DNA of 64,000 nucleotides from Promethearchaeota archaeon (GTDB lineage Archaea; Asgardarchaeota; Lokiarchaeia; Sigyniarchaeales; SOKP01). How positions within the stretch are numbered: position 1 is the stretch's first letter; every line of letters begins with the position of its first letter. Under the pieces are notes generated by a model that was given only the letters and a program-made list of their open reading frames with translations, was not told the origin of the DNA and did not search any database. Location: NCBI GenBank assembly GCA_016840085.1, contig JAEOTA010000018.1, forward strand, positions 140,888 to 204,887. Direction: 5' to 3'. This document shows, in pieces, positions 60,893 through 64,000 of the stretch. The position numbers and the translations under genes were made by a program.

Positions 60893-62344
60893 ATGAGTTT
60901 TGCAGATTTACCTTTTGATGTAGGACCAGTCTACGAAGGTGAACGTATTAGAGGTAATCAAATGTATATTGAACTTGGTGGGCCTAAGGTCGAGAAGCAT
61001 TTTGAACTCGTGAGAGTGAAGAAAGACAAAGAAATTGAGGATGGGAAGATTACAATCATAGGTCCAAATATTAAAGACATGGAAGAAGGTGGTCGGTATC
61101 CAATTGGTATTTTAGTCGAAGTATCGGGTCCTGAGTTAGAAGAGGATTTAGAAGCAGTGTTCGAGCGTAGAGTTCATGAATTCTGTAATTTCGTGAATGG
61201 CATCATGCATTTGAACCAAAGATATACTAACTGGATGCGACTCTCAAAGTCTCTAATTCAAAAGGGCTTTGATGATCTTACTATGTTAGGGACTGTTCTA
61301 ATTCGATTATACAAAGCAGAATTACCGATTATCAAAAAAGCGCAGGTAACTCTAATAACAGACCCTAAGAAGATTGAAGAACCATACGAGTTTGCCATGG
61401 GTATATACGATAAAAGAGATGAGAGAGCACGAACTATTCATGATGAAGACGTAGATATGTATTACGGTTGTGTACTCTGTCAGTCATTCGCTCCAACGCA
61501 TGCCTGTTGTATTACACCTGATAGAACATCTCTCTGTGGCAGTATTAACTGGTTTGACGCTAGAGCTGCTGCTAAGGTGGACCCTAAAGGACCACAAGAA
61601 ATTGCCAGTTAGGCATTCTGGTTAATTTATGAGGTTCCACCTGGAGAGTGCTTGAATAAAGAAGCAGGTGAATTTTCTGGAGTAAACGAAATGATAAAGA
61701 AACGATCTCTCGGTGAAATCGAAAGAATTTATCTTTATAGCGGAATGGAATTTCCCCATACATCTTGTGGATGCTTTGAGGCTATAGATTTTTTCATACC
61801 TGAAGTGAATGGACACGGAATAGTGGATAGAAATTATGGCACTGTCGCAATAAATGGGCTACCCTTCTCAGCTATGGCAAATCAAACTGGAGGAGGCAAA
61901 CAAATGCCCGGTTTTAATGGTGTGAGCTTCCAGTATATTGGTTCGCCAAAATACCAATTGTATGATGGTTTACAATTGGGTTTTGAAAGCGGCATTTACA
62001 CAATCGTGTGGATGCCAACTACAGTGAAAGAACGAGTGGTAGATTTTCTTCCAGAAGACCTTATTGATAAAATCGCAACAGAAGAGGATGTTCAAGATAT
62101 CAATGAATTAAAGGTATTTCTTAAGGAGAAAAACCATCCTGTAGTGGACACATGGGTAGAGATGGAAGAAGAAGAGGAAGAAGAATGGGAGGAAGAAGGA
62201 GCAATGGTTCCTATGGGAACTGTTGGACTAACAATTCCTGGAGCTGGTGGTGCGGGAGGATTTAAAGTAATTCTTAAGAATTGTAAAGTACACGCCGAAT
62301 CAATAATTATTAAGAAGATCGAGCCTAAACGTAGGAAGAAATAG
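60893..62344 (+). CDS. cdhC: Acetyl-CoA synthase, CODH/ACS subunit beta; interrupted by a candidate 30-nt intron (join 60893..61595, 61626..62344; 473 aa)
   Basis: The two ORF-track pieces are in the same frame. 5' part: YEGERIR, ELGGP, CVLCQSFAPTH.C.ITPDR..LCG. 3' part: PHTSCGCFE, GGG.Q..GF, IVWMP and the acidic linker. A single TAG lies at 61610-61612 inside a 30-nt insertion. Confidence 0.92.
61596..61625 (+). other. Candidate bulge-helix-bulge mRNA intron (30 nt)
   Basis: Central helix GACC 61590-93 / GGUU 61620-23; bulges ACA 61594-96 and AAU 61624-26; intron stems AGAA/UUCU and UGCC/GGCA; exon stem GGUGGACC 61576-83 / GGU(U)CCACC 61633-41; excision restores an open, family-typical sequence. 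Confidence 0.75.
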
Positions 62345-62360
62345 TCTTTTAAAATTAATC

Positions 62361-62384
62361 TTTTTTTACTTTTTTTTAATTTTT
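62361..62384 (+). terminator. Oligo-T terminator of cdhBC
   Basis: T7 and T8 runs 17-33 nt after the cdhC stop. Confidence 0.55.
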
Positions 62385-62483
62385 AATTATATAATATATA
62401 GGGTTGTAAAACCTTATTTTGGCAATTGGATTTAATAACCGCAATCTCTAATAACTGGATTATATTGGTTTTTTATACAATGT

Positions 62484-63218
62484 TTGAGTATTTTTAAAGT
62501 AAGTTCATTTTTAATGTACATTGGTTATAATTTTACAAAAGGAGTTAATGGATCCATCCAATTACCGTATTTATTCGTATTTTTAGTTTTAGTAGGAGAA
62601 GAATTCGTTGTTTTTTACTTTTTAATAGTAATAATTTTCGGATATTCTGCTAATATTATTTGTATGAAATTAAGACCTAAGTACGGCGCTAAAAAATTGA
62701 TGATCCGATTTGGTTTAATACAAAGTATAGGGGGGTTTATTATATTCTTTTTAATACTCATCCCTGCTATTGAAACCCCTATAATTTGGATTGGACTTTT
62801 ATTTTCGACATTCTTTGGAGGTGCGGGAGTATTATCAGTAATTCTTCAAACATTACCTATTGATGAAGATGAAGTTAAATATGGCTATAGACGAGAAACT
62901 ATGTTTTATGGTATTAATGCCCTTTTTACAAAGCCTGCCGAAAGTCTTGGTCCAATTATGGCAACAGTCATTTTGGTATCATTTTCATATGTTCAAGGGG
63001 GACCGCCAGAAGTTCAACCTGATTCGGCTATACTTGGTATAAAAATTCTTTTTTATGTAGTTCCAAATATTTTTGTGTTAATCGGATTAATATTTGTTCA
63101 TTTTTTTCCATTGGAGGGAGAAAAATATGAGCAACTACAAATAGAATTACGAGCAGTTCACGAGCAGAAAAGAAGGAGTTTAAAATCTGAAAAAAATTTG
63201 AATCCTAATATATCTTAG
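62484..63218 (+). pseudogene. 5'-truncated MFS/GPH (MelB-like) symporter
   Basis: C-half motif DEDEVKYGYRRE.MFYGINA..TKPA; only 244 aa, with no room for the N-terminal six TMs after the cdhC terminator. Confidence 0.6.
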
Positions 63219-63309
63219 ACTGAATACAATTATAAAATGTGATTTTACAAAAATATCAAGTTTAAAATTGGTTAGAAAATATCAATAATTAATCCAATTT
63301 TAAAATAAA

Positions 63310-63867
63310 GTGATTTTTGTGAGTTATGAATCCAATGTATATAGCCCGTCTGACAAAATTGAAATAGAAGAGACTTTAAGAGGTCAAGCTTCAGCGATAA
63401 TTTGTGTTGATATTTGTGGTATTATAATAATGGTAATAGCTTCTATAGCAGCTATTAGTATATCGGGAGGTAATTTTGTGGGAATTGCTATAGTTATCTT
63501 CATCTGGTTAGCTATGGGGGGAATACTATTTTGGTCTTACTTTTATATAAGAGGAAGCGGTAAGGTTAGAAAATTTATTATAACTGATGAATATATAAGT
63601 ATTCAAATACCGGATAAAACAACATTTACAGTCAATTTATCAGATTTTAATACAATTGAAATGAGAAGAAGAACAACAGGATATAAATACACAAAAAAAG
63701 TTTATTATATATTTACTTTTACTGGAGCGAATTATTCGAACGGTTATCAAATTCAAAGTCAAAAAGACTTTTCAAGAAAAGCAGTAAAAAAATTTAGAAG
63801 ACACCTAGAAGAATTTTCCCCTAGAAAAGGTATACAATTTAGTTACCGAAAAGGCAGGAAGAAATAA
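63310..63867 (+). CDS. Hypothetical membrane protein (2 TM plus beta-rich soluble domain)
   Basis: Two hydrophobic segments followed by a basic soluble region; T-tract terminator downstream. Confidence 0.7.
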   Translation: MIFVSYESNVYSPSDKIEIEETLRGQASAIICVDICGIIIMVIASIAAISISGGNFVGIAIVIFIWLAMGGILFWSYFYIRGSGKVRKFIITDEYISIQIPDKTTFTVNLSDFNTIEMRRRTTGYKYTKKVYYIFTFTGANYSNGYQIQSQKDFSRKAVKKFRRHLEEFSPRKGIQFSYRKGRKK

Positions 63868-64000
63868 TTATTTATTAATTGAGTAAATTTTAACTTTTAA
63901 TTTTTTTATTTTTTTTACTTATTCTTGTATTAATTACTTCCTTTATAATAGTTCCATACCTATTAGATTTATGTCGTGCGATTTGAGCCCTCCATTACAA

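Noticed and set aside
61610-61612. Pyrrolysine or other TAG readthrough in cdhC
   Set aside because: Readthrough would leave ten extra residues in a conserved segment, whereas BHB excision removes exactly the insert; no pyl genes are in the window. Disfavoured but not excluded.
60893-62344. cdhC as a simple pseudogene or two separate genes
   Set aside because: Both halves keep all motifs with no other lesion, and the second ORF's TTG falls mid-domain.
1-64000. CRISPR arrays, tRNA/rRNA genes, IS elements, selenocysteine recoding
   Set aside because: No spaced repeats, GC-rich structural RNA blocks, transposase motifs or TGA-split genes were seen by eye; no covariance-model search was run.

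Overview
AT-rich (about 30% GC by eye), gene-dense archaeal window. The gene set (archaeal GlyRS, Alba, CdhB/CdhC, longin-like and V4R-like proteins, TPR proteins, expanded beta-oxidation genes, many TTG starts, oligo-T terminators) is most consistent with an Asgard archaeon of the Lokiarchaeia type; this is inference. Lipid and acyl-CoA catabolism dominates: seven thiolase-fold genes, six intact DUF35 genes plus one relic, two BKACE genes, and acyl-CoA ligases, a dehydrogenase and hydratases. There is also a corrinoid/MtaA methyl-transfer pair, a GC-richer polar amino-acid ABC transporter, and an orphan fused M+S DNA methyltransferase. The main finding is in the acetyl-CoA synthase gene cdhC (60893-62344). 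It carries a 30-nt insertion with an in-frame TAG that folds with its flanks into a canonical bulge-helix-bulge (BHB) motif. Cutting at the standard tRNA-splicing-endonuclease positions removes 61596-61625 and restores the typical CdhC sequence (DPKGP-L-YEVPPGECL), which makes it a candidate mRNA intron in a Wood-Ljungdahl core gene. Secondary findings: duplicated Ltp3/Ltp4-like aldolase cassettes, probable ATT/ATA start codons, and an uncalled 50-aa zinc-ribbon microprotein. No rRNA, tRNA, CRISPR array or transposase was recognised.
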